Shown here: positions 9,917-17,945 of the stretch, piece by piece
Position numbering within the stretch: the first letter of the stretch is position 1
Layout of the letters: each line of letters opens with the position of its first letter
Assembly (NCBI GenBank): GCA_041501125.1
Contig: JBGQNO010000001.1
Span: 37,981-101,980 of the forward strand
Length of the DNA stretch: 64,000 bases
Direction: 5' to 3'
Origin: Candidatus Nanoarchaeia archaeon
GTDB lineage: Archaea; Nanobdellota; Nanobdellia; Pacearchaeales; GW2011-AR1
Position numbers and translations under genes: made by a program
Notes under the pieces: generated by a model
Seen by the model: the letters and a program-made list of their open reading frames with translations, nothing else
What the model was told of the DNA's origin: nothing
Database searches by the model: none

Positions 9917-11464
9917 TTAACTGAAATCCATAATCTTTATTTTCCCTGTTTTTAGGTTCATGATTGGCACCTTGCAAGGATCTGGCACATTTCCTACTTT
10001 TTCCTCAAACGGCGTTATTGATTGCCAGCAGCTCGAGCATACAATTGCAGTTCCATTATAAAAATCAACATCTGTCCTGTGGAAATCTGCAGTATTAATC
10101 ACATCAGGCACCTCTGATATTACAAGATAGTCCCTCTTTGTATTTGGAATATAAGTCACGAGAGAGTGCATAGAGCCAAGATGCCTTCTCTTTAAGATTT
10201 CCTTGACAACTTTGCTTGGATTCTGGTGAGCCTTGCTCAGTCTAAGGCTGTCAATTTCATTGACAAAATGAATCATGCTCGCTCCGTGGTACATCAAAAT
10301 CCTTACTCCACGCTTGCCAGGCGTGTTCTTGATTTCAATCAGTGCTGGATTGCTTACTAACAGAACATTCTCAAGCTCATAAAGCGGTGCAGCATAATCC
10401 TGCCCAACAGGCGGCTGGGGTTCAGCAACTCTCACGCAGTCGTGCTGTCCCGGGCACATTATTATCTGCACATCCTTTCTGATTGTTTTCAGATAGCTTG
10501 ATAGTTTCTTGTATTGCTCCCTGATATCCTTAATATTAAGAAGCTCTTCCTGGCCAGGGAATACTCCAACTCCATCAACAGTATCACCAGTGATTAAAAG
10601 ATACTTGACTTTTGCAGCTTCTTGTTTTTGCAGTTCACTATCAGACTCTCCATTCAGCCACCTGACAAATTTTGCAAAATTCTCCTCAAGAAAATTCGCA
10701 GAGCCTACATGCACATCAGAAATAAAGGCAACACTCTCGTCCCTGTCAAGCAAAGTTTTTTCCTGCAAAACCGAATCAGGATAAATTATGTCATTGGCAA
10801 AAATAATTTCCTGGTCGCCAAACCCTTTTACACCAATTATGTCATCTATCAGGACATTTTTTGCCTTGTCATATACTTCTTTCTTGTCCTTGTTAATCAA
10901 AACCGAGATTCTGCCAGTTATATCTTCAATATCCAGGAGAATATTCTTGCTCTTTGATACCCTCTTGCTGTAAACCATGCCAATCACCGATATGCTTTGT
11001 CTGTTGGTCGATAACTTGTTGACAGAAGTCAGATTCTCAAGATTCCTGTCCTTCAAAATATTCTTTATCTCATTATATCTTGCTCTGAAATGCTCTGTAA
11101 AATCCTTTGGTTCTATCTTCTTGCATGCAGCAGGCACAGACATCAATACCCGGACATTTCCAAGCCTGCTTTCCTTTTCTGCCTGTTCTTTCTCCTTGTC
11201 CATGACATACTGCTCTCGCGAAATCTCAAAGCTAAGCCCAAAATTTATCTTTATTTTCTCTACAACTTTCTTGTCTGACAATAAATTCTGAATCTTATCT
11301 ACGTTTTTGAATATTGAATTTCTATTTATGACTTTTTCTTTCAAAAGAATGAATTTGTCAATAATGTCTTTTGCTGTCGCTTCTTCAAATCCAGAAAGAA
11401 AATCAAAACTCTCTTTGTCAAGCAAGACACCTTTTTCAATGCAGAATTTTAATATGCCTGTCAT
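9917..11464 (-). CDS. polB: DNA polymerase D small subunit DP1
   Basis: OB fold plus calcineurin-like SDVHVGS, GDTVDG, EPQP; located between cdc6 and DP2; GAGGTG SD before ATG 11464. Confidence 0.93.
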   Translation of the reverse strand: MTGILKFCIEKGVLLDKESFDFLSGFEEATAKDIIDKFILLKEKVINRNSIFKNVDKIQNLLSDKKVVEKIKINFGLSFEISREQYVMDKEKEQAEKESRLGNVRVLMSVPAACKKIEPKDFTEHFRARYNEIKNILKDRNLENLTSVNKLSTNRQSISVIGMVYSKRVSKSKNILLDIEDITGRISVLINKDKKEVYDKAKNVLIDDIIGVKGFGDQEIIFANDIIYPDSVLQEKTLLDRDESVAFISDVHVGSANFLEENFAKFVRWLNGESDSELQKQEAAKVKYLLITGDTVDGVGVFPGQEELLNIKDIREQYKKLSSYLKTIRKDVQIIMCPGQHDCVRVAEPQPPVGQDYAAPLYELENVLLVSNPALIEIKNTPGKRGVRILMYHGASMIHFVNEIDSLRLSKAHQNPSKVVKEILKRRHLGSMHSLVTYIPNTKRDYLVISEVPDVINTADFHRTDVDFYNGTAIVCSSCWQSITPFEEKVGNVPDPCKVPIMNLKTGKIKIMDFS

Positions 11465-11471
11465 GCACACC

Positions 11472-12674
11472 TCAAAGGCTTAATGTTTCCAGTAAAAGTG
11501 CCTTTACTTTCTTGACTTCCTGTTCAGGTATCGCAAGTTTTATCTCCCGTGTTCTTCCGTGTCTGCCTTTGCTGATTACCATTGCAGTGATTATCCCAAC
11601 CATGTCAAACTCAGCTATGATATCTGAGACTCTTCGTGGTGTCAAAGCCTCGACTTTTGACTTCATGCACAAATCACTGTAGACATTAAACACATCTCCT
11701 GTAAATATTTTCTCGTGTCCTTTCTCTACCAAGTCAATAACAGACAGCAACACAAGCTGAAATTGCTTTGGTGCTGTTTCAACAAAACTTTTTATTTTGT
11801 CCTTGTCAATCTTTTCATTTGCAGTGTCAACATGCTCTATTTTTACTTTCTCGCATCCCTCGCGCTCAGCAATATCTCCGGCAACTCTCAAAAGTTCAAG
11901 TGCCCTTCTCGCATCTCCGTGCTCTCTTGCAGCATAAGCAGCGCATTTTGAAATAACTCCATCCTCAACCACATTTTCCTTGAAAGAATCCATGGCTCTG
12001 CCCCTCAAAATCTCCTGAAGCTGCAAAGCATTGTATGGCGGGAATATAATCTCTTCTTCACCAAGAGAACTTCTTACTCTCGGATCAAGAGAATCAATAA
12101 ATTTTAAGTCATTGCTTATGCCAATAATACTTATCTGGCTCTTTGAAAGTTCAGAATTGATTCTTGTAAGATTATAAAGAAAACTGTCAGACATTTTGTT
12201 GACTGCCTGGTCAATTTCATCTAGTATGAGAATAACGTACTGTTTCTCACTTTCCACAATCTCTAAGAATTTATTATAAACCTGGTCTGTCGGAAGGCCT
12301 GTAGAAGGTACATTTCCACCAAGTTTTTTTATAATCTCTGCCAAAATCCTATATTCAGTATCAGAAACCTTTTTCAACTTACAGTTTATGTATTCCATCC
12401 TCAATGAAATGTTCTCTTTCTTTGCTCTCTTAAGCATTTCATTCCTTACATACAAGGTGCTGAGAGTTTTTCCAGTGCCTGTCTGTCCATAAATAAACAA
12501 ATTGCTTGCCCTCTCACCCCTCAAAGCAGGCGCAAGTATCGTAGCTACCTGTTCTATCTGTTTTTCCCTATGAGGAATATTTTCTGGAGTATATTGTGAC
12601 TGCAAAACCGACTTATCCTTAAACAAGCTTTTTTGCGAGAAAGAATCAAAAATTTTGTCTAATTGCATCACCAT
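11472..12674 (-). CDS. cdc6: Orc1/Cdc6 replication initiator
   Basis: GQTGTGKT Walker A, LDEID Walker B, GDARRALELL, C-terminal wH SKGRHGRTR. Confidence 0.96.
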   Translation of the reverse strand: MVMQLDKIFDSFSQKSLFKDKSVLQSQYTPENIPHREKQIEQVATILAPALRGERASNLFIYGQTGTGKTLSTLYVRNEMLKRAKKENISLRMEYINCKLKKVSDTEYRILAEIIKKLGGNVPSTGLPTDQVYNKFLEIVESEKQYVILILDEIDQAVNKMSDSFLYNLTRINSELSKSQISIIGISNDLKFIDSLDPRVRSSLGEEEIIFPPYNALQLQEILRGRAMDSFKENVVEDGVISKCAAYAAREHGDARRALELLRVAGDIAEREGCEKVKIEHVDTANEKIDKDKIKSFVETAPKQFQLVLLSVIDLVEKGHEKIFTGDVFNVYSDLCMKSKVEALTPRRVSDIIAEFDMVGIITAMVISKGRHGRTREIKLAIPEQEVKKVKALLLETLSL

Positions 12675-12730
12675 CACAATCTACCAGTTTTCCTTTTTAA
12701 AAACCTTTATATCATTTGAAGTATATCTCA

Positions 12731-12950
12731 CACCCTCATTTCTCATGGAAACGTTTCCCGACGGTAAAATGAAATATTGTAACTCATAAGTAAAACATTC
12801 GCAAATCCACCTTCATTTCTTTTGGAGCATTATACTATTATATTATATATATTATATTATAGAAAAGCTTATAAATATATAATAAGAAAAATAAAATACA
12901 TTTCTTTATAAATCTTTTTACCTTTTCCACACGAAACCATGGGGAGAGGG
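12731..12950. promoter_or_regulatory. Replication origin oriC: two inverted ORBs flanking an AT-rich DUE
   Basis: Minus-strand TTTCCATGAGAAATGAGGGTG (12731-12751) and plus-strand TTTCCACACGAAACCATGGGG (12924-12944) around a nearly pure A/T tract (~12830-12920), directly upstream of cdc6; genes diverge here. Confidence 0.85.
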
Positions 12951-13181
12951 TATTATTAGTCAAAACAGCGTTTAAAACAATGCGAACTTTTGAAAATCCC
13001 AGAATACTTGAAAATTTATGTTTATTCTACTTGATTCTGTTAGTTTGCTTATACACTTAATTCAAAATATTTACCAGGCCAACATTCATTAATTCTCACC
13101 TCTTTTTTTGCAATGTGCTAATAATAAAAATACATACTTTTTTATAGAAAAGTTTATAAACAAATTATCTCTACATCTCTA

Positions 13182-13436
13182 ATGGACAAAAAACCATTCT
13201 CATCACTTCTCGGAAAGCTAATAGTAACAAAAGAAGGCAAAAGATTAGGTTACGTGAAGGATATCACATTCGAAACCAAGTCAGGAGAGCTTATACAGCT
13301 TGTTTTGAAGGACCCTTCAGCCTATACAAAGTCATTGAACCTTGAAAAAACACAAGAAAGCGAAACCTTGATACCATGCAATTCAATAATGGCTATTGGC
13401 GATTTCATCGTTGTTTCTGAAGAAGATATAATCTAA
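13182..13436 (+). CDS. PRC-barrel protein (CdpB-like)
   Basis: LLGKLIVTKEGKRLGYVKDITF...IMAIGDFIVV PRC-barrel pattern. Confidence 0.85.
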   Translation: MDKKPFSSLLGKLIVTKEGKRLGYVKDITFETKSGELIQLVLKDPSAYTKSLNLEKTQESETLIPCNSIMAIGDFIVVSEEDII

Positions 13437-13437
13437 A

Positions 13438-13857
13438 ATGAAAATCATTGGATTTAACTTTACAAAAATTCTAGCTGAGAAAGAAGGGCCTGTAGAAGGC
13501 AAGGTCAATGTCACAATGGGCATTGATATATCACATATGGAAAAACAGAAGCTTTCTGCTATTGGCCAGGACGTAATCAAGGCAGATTTTAACTTCTCAA
13601 TTAAATATGAGAAGATGGCAAATCTCGATTTCAAGGGCGAGATATACTTTACAGCTGAAGAAGAAAAATTAAAGGAAGTCGTAAAGAAATGGAAGGACAA
13701 AAAAGTTCCAGACGATGTCCGGGTCCCGCTGTATAACTTGATTCTCACAAAATGCAATATTCGTGCTCTTGAGCTTGAAGATGAGTTTGGATTGCCAACA
13801 CACGTGCCTTTGCCAAAGGTTTCGAACAAGCAGCCAGAAACAAGTTACGTCAAATAA
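13438..13857 (+). CDS. Conserved archaeal hypothetical protein (possibly SecB-like fold)
   Basis: Abuts PRC-barrel gene; beta-rich N-terminal half, C-terminal helix and LPTHVPLPKV. Confidence 0.7.
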   Translation: MKIIGFNFTKILAEKEGPVEGKVNVTMGIDISHMEKQKLSAIGQDVIKADFNFSIKYEKMANLDFKGEIYFTAEEEKLKEVVKKWKDKKVPDDVRVPLYNLILTKCNIRALELEDEFGLPTHVPLPKVSNKQPETSYVK

Positions 13858-13905
13858 GGTTCTTGACAACATAATTTAAATATAGTCTGTTATTTCTAAA
13901 AATAT

Positions 13906-14010
13906 GCTCCCGTCGCATAGCGGTATTGCGCCGGTCTCGAATTAAGCAAGTTCGCTTTCAAGCGAACCGGTTTCCGAAAGGATCTCCAGGTTCGACTCCT
14001 GGCGGGAGCG
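13906..14010 (+). tRNA. tRNA-Ser(CGA) with 23-nt canonical intron (13942-13964)
   Basis: Acceptor GCTCCCG/CGGGAGC, anticodon stem CCGGT/ACCGG, long variable arm, GTTCGACTC; bulge-helix-bulge-like junction at 37/38. Confidence 0.9.
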
Positions 14011-14220
14011 TGTCATATTGTTAGGCTCGCTGATGCTCGTCTTATTTTAAGAATTAATGTAATAAACGAGAAGAAGCTTGAGCAACCATTCTTTAGCTTG
14101 ATGAGGATTGCTGCTTAACCCAGAAGGGTAAAACGTGTTAACATTAATGAACAGCGAGCCATCAGGCGAGCTAAGAAATCAAATCAAAGATTTTATAAAT
14201 CCTCTAATTCTCGTTTTAAC

Positions 14221-14382
14221 ATGGCAGCAACAGCACCCGGACCACAAAAAAGAAAGCTAGACTATAATGTTGACAGGCAGGTTTACGACGAGTTTGTCAA
14301 AGCATGCACAAGGAAAGGTTATGCTCCAAATGTTATCATTGAGCAGATGATGAAGAAATATAATCAAACAGGCCAAATTTAA
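14221..14382 (+). CDS. 53-aa ribbon-helix-helix-like protein
   Basis: Below ORF-track cutoff: MAATAPGPQKRKLDYNVDRQVYDEFVKACTRKGYAPNVIIEQMMKKYNQTGQI; TTTATAAA box about 25 nt upstream. Confidence 0.7.
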   Translation: MAATAPGPQKRKLDYNVDRQVYDEFVKACTRKGYAPNVIIEQMMKKYNQTGQI

Positions 14383-14432
14383 GAATAGTAAGAGGTGATT
14401 GCACCTCAGAAGCAGATTCTGAGAAAATTAAA

Positions 14433-15509
14433 ATGCCGATAGATCCAAGAGCAAGAAAACTTGCGCAGCTAGCAGTAAGATATTCTGTAGCTGTAAAGCC
14501 AGAGCAAAAAGTAATAATCTCTGGAGATACAGAAGCGATTCCTTTTTTAATCGAACTATATAAAGAAATAATTCTCCAGAAAGCGCACCCAATTGTCCGC
14601 ATACATTTGCCCGATGTTAACGACTTCTTCTACAAATATGCAACTAAAGAGCAGATAGAGTTTTTTCCAAAATACTGGTTTGACACAATAAAAAAAGCAG
14701 ACGCTTACATTGGTGTTGATACAGATGTCAATACTCGCGAACTGACTTCCTGCGACCCAGCAAAACAATCACAAAGGCAGAAAATAACAAGCCCGATTTC
14801 ACACTATATCTGCAATACAAGAGACAAAATCCGCAGGGTAACAATTGCATTCCCCTGCATTTCGCATGCACAGGACGCTGAGATGTCTTTGAATGAATGG
14901 GAGAATTTTGTTTACACATCATGCCTCATCGACTGGCATGTGTTTGGCAAGCAGCTTGACAAGATAAACAAAATCTTTGAGAAAGGAAAGCAAGTGCATT
15001 TGCTCGGCGAGAATGTTGACTTAAAATTTTCAATTGAGAACAAGAACTCAATAGCTGACAAAGGCGAGGAGAACATGCCTGGCGGAGAGATTTATATGGC
15101 TCCAGTAAGAACAAGCATGAACGGCTGGATTAAATTTGAATATCCTGCAATTTATGCAGGAAAAGAAGTTACAGACATCTCATTAAAATTCAAGGACGGA
15201 AAAGTTATCGAATACAATGCTTCAAAAAACAAGGAAATGCTTAAGTCTGCCCTTGAAACAGACAAGAACTCATGTTATGTAGGTGAATTTGGCATTGGCT
15301 GCAATCCGAATGTCAACAGATTTACCAAGAGCCTCTTGTTCGATGAGAAAATTTCAGGCACAATTCATCTTGCACTAGGCATGGCATACAAAGATAATGG
15401 CGGAGGCAATGACTCTGCAGTGCATTGGGACATTGTTAAGGACATGAGCAAGGCCAAAATCATTCTTGATGGTAATGTCGTTCAAGAAAATGGCAAGTGG
15501 AAAATCTAA
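14433..15509 (+). CDS. M29 aminopeptidase (AmpS/AmpT/PepS)
   Basis: NMPGGEIY, GEFGIG, LFDEKI, HLALG, SAVHWDIV. Confidence 0.92.
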   Translation: MPIDPRARKLAQLAVRYSVAVKPEQKVIISGDTEAIPFLIELYKEIILQKAHPIVRIHLPDVNDFFYKYATKEQIEFFPKYWFDTIKKADAYIGVDTDVNTRELTSCDPAKQSQRQKITSPISHYICNTRDKIRRVTIAFPCISHAQDAEMSLNEWENFVYTSCLIDWHVFGKQLDKINKIFEKGKQVHLLGENVDLKFSIENKNSIADKGEENMPGGEIYMAPVRTSMNGWIKFEYPAIYAGKEVTDISLKFKDGKVIEYNASKNKEMLKSALETDKNSCYVGEFGIGCNPNVNRFTKSLLFDEKISGTIHLALGMAYKDNGGGNDSAVHWDIVKDMSKAKIILDGNVVQENGKWKI

Positions 15510-16225
15510 GAGATTCTTCCAACATCTTTCACTTTTCCTAAGTCATACACTTTGTTGCCAACAGCATAAACTTCAAAATTCTTCAAGTCAAGTTTTAAAG
15601 CAAGATTTGTATCTTCCACATAAACATCGCTTCCCTCTGTAAGCGGAAAGAAACTTGGCAGAATCACAATTTCTTTGTCTTTCCATTTTCCTTTAAGAAA
15701 ACATTTAAACGTTTCTCGCTTCGCGCCTCTTGAAATTGTTATTGCAGGATGCTTATGTCCCATGAAAATTCTTTTTACTTTTTTATCCAGCACTTCAGGA
15801 AACATCTTATGCCCGTGAATAAATGCATTTTCTCCTCTAACGTAAAAGTCAACCAGCTCAAGATTCTTTTTCCTCGCAATCGGCTCAAGGATTGTGTCAT
15901 GATTTCCTTTTACAAGCACAATCTTGTCGCAGTATTTGGCAAGAAACTCTAGGAAATCTGTTACTTCTTTCCATTCCTGCCCAGAAACCGAGCTAAACTC
16001 ATGTTTCAAATCTCCGAGTATGATAATTTCTTTAAGTTTTCCAGTTTCATGAAAAATTCTTTCGCAATCAGCAATTATTTTTTTATACTGCTCTCTGGGA
16101 AGCATGAACCCTGAGACATTCAATGCCTGCTCAAATCCTAAATGCAAGTCAGCTATCGCTGCAATTTTCTCTTTGGAAAAATAAACAGCCTTGTCAATAA
16201 ACTCAAAGTCTTTTGTTTGTCTCAT
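15506..16225 (-). CDS. Metallophosphoesterase (Lhr-associated MPE type)
   Basis: ADLHLGFE, GDLKH, GNHD, HGH, GHKHP, LPSF. Confidence 0.88.
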   Translation of the reverse strand: MRQTKDFEFIDKAVYFSKEKIAAIADLHLGFEQALNVSGFMLPREQYKKIIADCERIFHETGKLKEIIILGDLKHEFSSVSGQEWKEVTDFLEFLAKYCDKIVLVKGNHDTILEPIARKKNLELVDFYVRGENAFIHGHKMFPEVLDKKVKRIFMGHKHPAITISRGAKRETFKCFLKGKWKDKEIVILPSFFPLTEGSDVYVEDTNLALKLDLKNFEVYAVGNKVYDLGKVKDVGRIS

Positions 16226-16443
16226 CCAAAACGGTTTGCCTCAAACCCTTTTAAATATTGCTGGCACGTGGGTTCATATAAGGGGCATTTCAGGCACGCT
16301 TCATTATCAATCCTTTCAGAGTCATAAAAGCAGCCTAAAGCCAGTTCTGGTTGTTTGCCTTTTCCGGTCTCGTCCCTTTCTTTGAGCCTTTTAAGAACTA
16401 TCTGTATAGCTACTCTCGAAATTTTATAAATATCTTTCTCCAT
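16222..16443 (-). CDS. Small Cys-containing hypothetical protein
   Basis: CF...ACLKCPLYEPTC; ATGA overlap with MPE gene. Confidence 0.6.
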   Translation of the reverse strand: MEKDIYKISRVAIQIVLKRLKERDETGKGKQPELALGCFYDSERIDNEACLKCPLYEPTCQQYLKGFEANRFG

Positions 16444-16455
16444 TCTAAAAACTCC

Positions 16456-17424
16456 TTACGCAAACAAGTCGCTTAAACTCTCGCCTTCATTAATCCTGTA
16501 AATTGCCTGCGCAAACAAAGGCGCAAAAGAAATCACTTCAACTCCCGTCTCTTTTAATTTTGGGTTTATAATAGTATCGCCGACTATAACAAAATCAAAG
16601 CATTTTCTGACCTTTTCAGAACCTTCAGTAAATAATGCATGCGTGCAATAAACCCCAACCCTCTTTGCCCCCGCTTCTTTTGCTGCACTGCCCGCCTTAA
16701 TCAATGTATTTCCAGAATCAACCATGTCATCAACAATAAGGACATTCTTGTCCTTTACATCGCCGGTAATTTTTAAGTTGCTTATCTCGCCTGCCTTTTG
16801 TCTTGTTTTATACCCAACCACAATGTCTGCATCAGAATTTATCCTTTTTGCAAATGCTTCTGCTCTCTTGCCGCCGCCAGCATCAGGACTCATTACAACA
16901 AGATTATTGATAAAATCCGGATGCTTTTCTTTCAGATAAGTTATTGCATTAGAAAAACTGTATAGATTATCAAAAGGAATATTATAAAATCCTTGGATTC
17001 TCGGGTCATGAACATCAAGTGTCAATGCCCTGTCAGCATACATTCCAATTACATCAGCAATAACCTTTGCACTTATCGGAACTCTTGACTCATCTTTCCT
17101 GTCCTGTCTGCTGAATCTTAAAAAAGGCAGCACAACAGTTATCTCCTGGCTGGACGAGTTTTTTAATGCCTCAAGTATCAATGCCATTTCAAGAAACCAC
17201 TCTTTTGGCTCTTTGCTGGAATCATGTATAAAAAAGCAGTTTTTTCTTCTTACATTTTTCTCTATTTTTGGCTTAATTTCGCCGTCTCTGAACTTTTGAA
17301 TTACAACTTTATTTAATTCAAACTTGTCAGGTGTTTTCATGCTTAACTCTTGATAAACCTTTTCTGCAAAATTCCATGCGCTTCCATTAGGATCAGCAAT
17401 TATCGAGCACTTGTACATAGTCAT
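16456..17424 (-). CDS. prs: Ribose-phosphate pyrophosphokinase
   Basis: FRDGE, SRQDRK, SPDAGG, VDDMVDSGNT, THALF. Confidence 0.95.
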   Translation of the reverse strand: MTMYKCSIIADPNGSAWNFAEKVYQELSMKTPDKFELNKVVIQKFRDGEIKPKIEKNVRRKNCFFIHDSSKEPKEWFLEMALILEALKNSSSQEITVVLPFLRFSRQDRKDESRVPISAKVIADVIGMYADRALTLDVHDPRIQGFYNIPFDNLYSFSNAITYLKEKHPDFINNLVVMSPDAGGGKRAEAFAKRINSDADIVVGYKTRQKAGEISNLKITGDVKDKNVLIVDDMVDSGNTLIKAGSAAKEAGAKRVGVYCTHALFTEGSEKVRKCFDFVIVGDTIINPKLKETGVEVISFAPLFAQAIYRINEGESLSDLFA

Positions 17425-17483
17425 GCTTAAAACAAAGAATTAAGATTTAAAAACAAATCTGTTCTGCAAAATATAACTTTAAT

Positions 17484-17897
17484 CTATGCATACAATTTAA
17501 TCATGCGCTCATTAGTCTTTGTTATAAACACCTTAGCGCATTCCCTGAATACATCAAAATATTTATTTGGTAAAATATACTTAAAAACATACTTAAAATA
17601 TTCTTCAGAGCCCTCTTTATCAAGCTTAAATTTTACTCTTTCTCTGTTGCTAGTGTCTGTTTCAATAAGCCCGTACGCACAGTTTATTGAGAAGAATTCA
17701 TCTGAGTTCAATAATGAATTCTTTTCATGTGATTCCAGCAATATTCCATTTTCTTCTGCCTTGGCTATTGCTGCCTCAAGTCCTGCAATCACAGGATTGA
17801 TAACTGCTGTAAAATCAACAAGACCTTCAAATCGCAAAGCAGACGCAAGTCCTCTGACAAATTTTGTTTTATCAAGACAAACTTTAGTCGGTGGCAT
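17484..17897 (-). CDS. Hypothetical protein
   Basis: 137-aa ORF co-oriented with neighbours; no motif recognised. Confidence 0.55.
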   Translation of the reverse strand: MPPTKVCLDKTKFVRGLASALRFEGLVDFTAVINPVIAGLEAAIAKAEENGILLESHEKNSLLNSDEFFSINCAYGLIETDTSNRERVKFKLDKEGSEEYFKYVFKYILPNKYFDVFRECAKVFITKTNERMIKLYA

Positions 17898-17945
17898 AAC
17901 TTCTATAAAAATGTATAATATTAAAACATTTGTATAGCAAAAGCA

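Noticed and set aside
6457..12674. Inteins in DP2 or Cdc6
   Set aside because: Lengths are normal and no splice motifs were seen.
14021..14174. RNase P RNA, SRP RNA or hammerhead ribozyme
   Set aside because: Conserved core motifs were not found; kept only as an unknown structured element.
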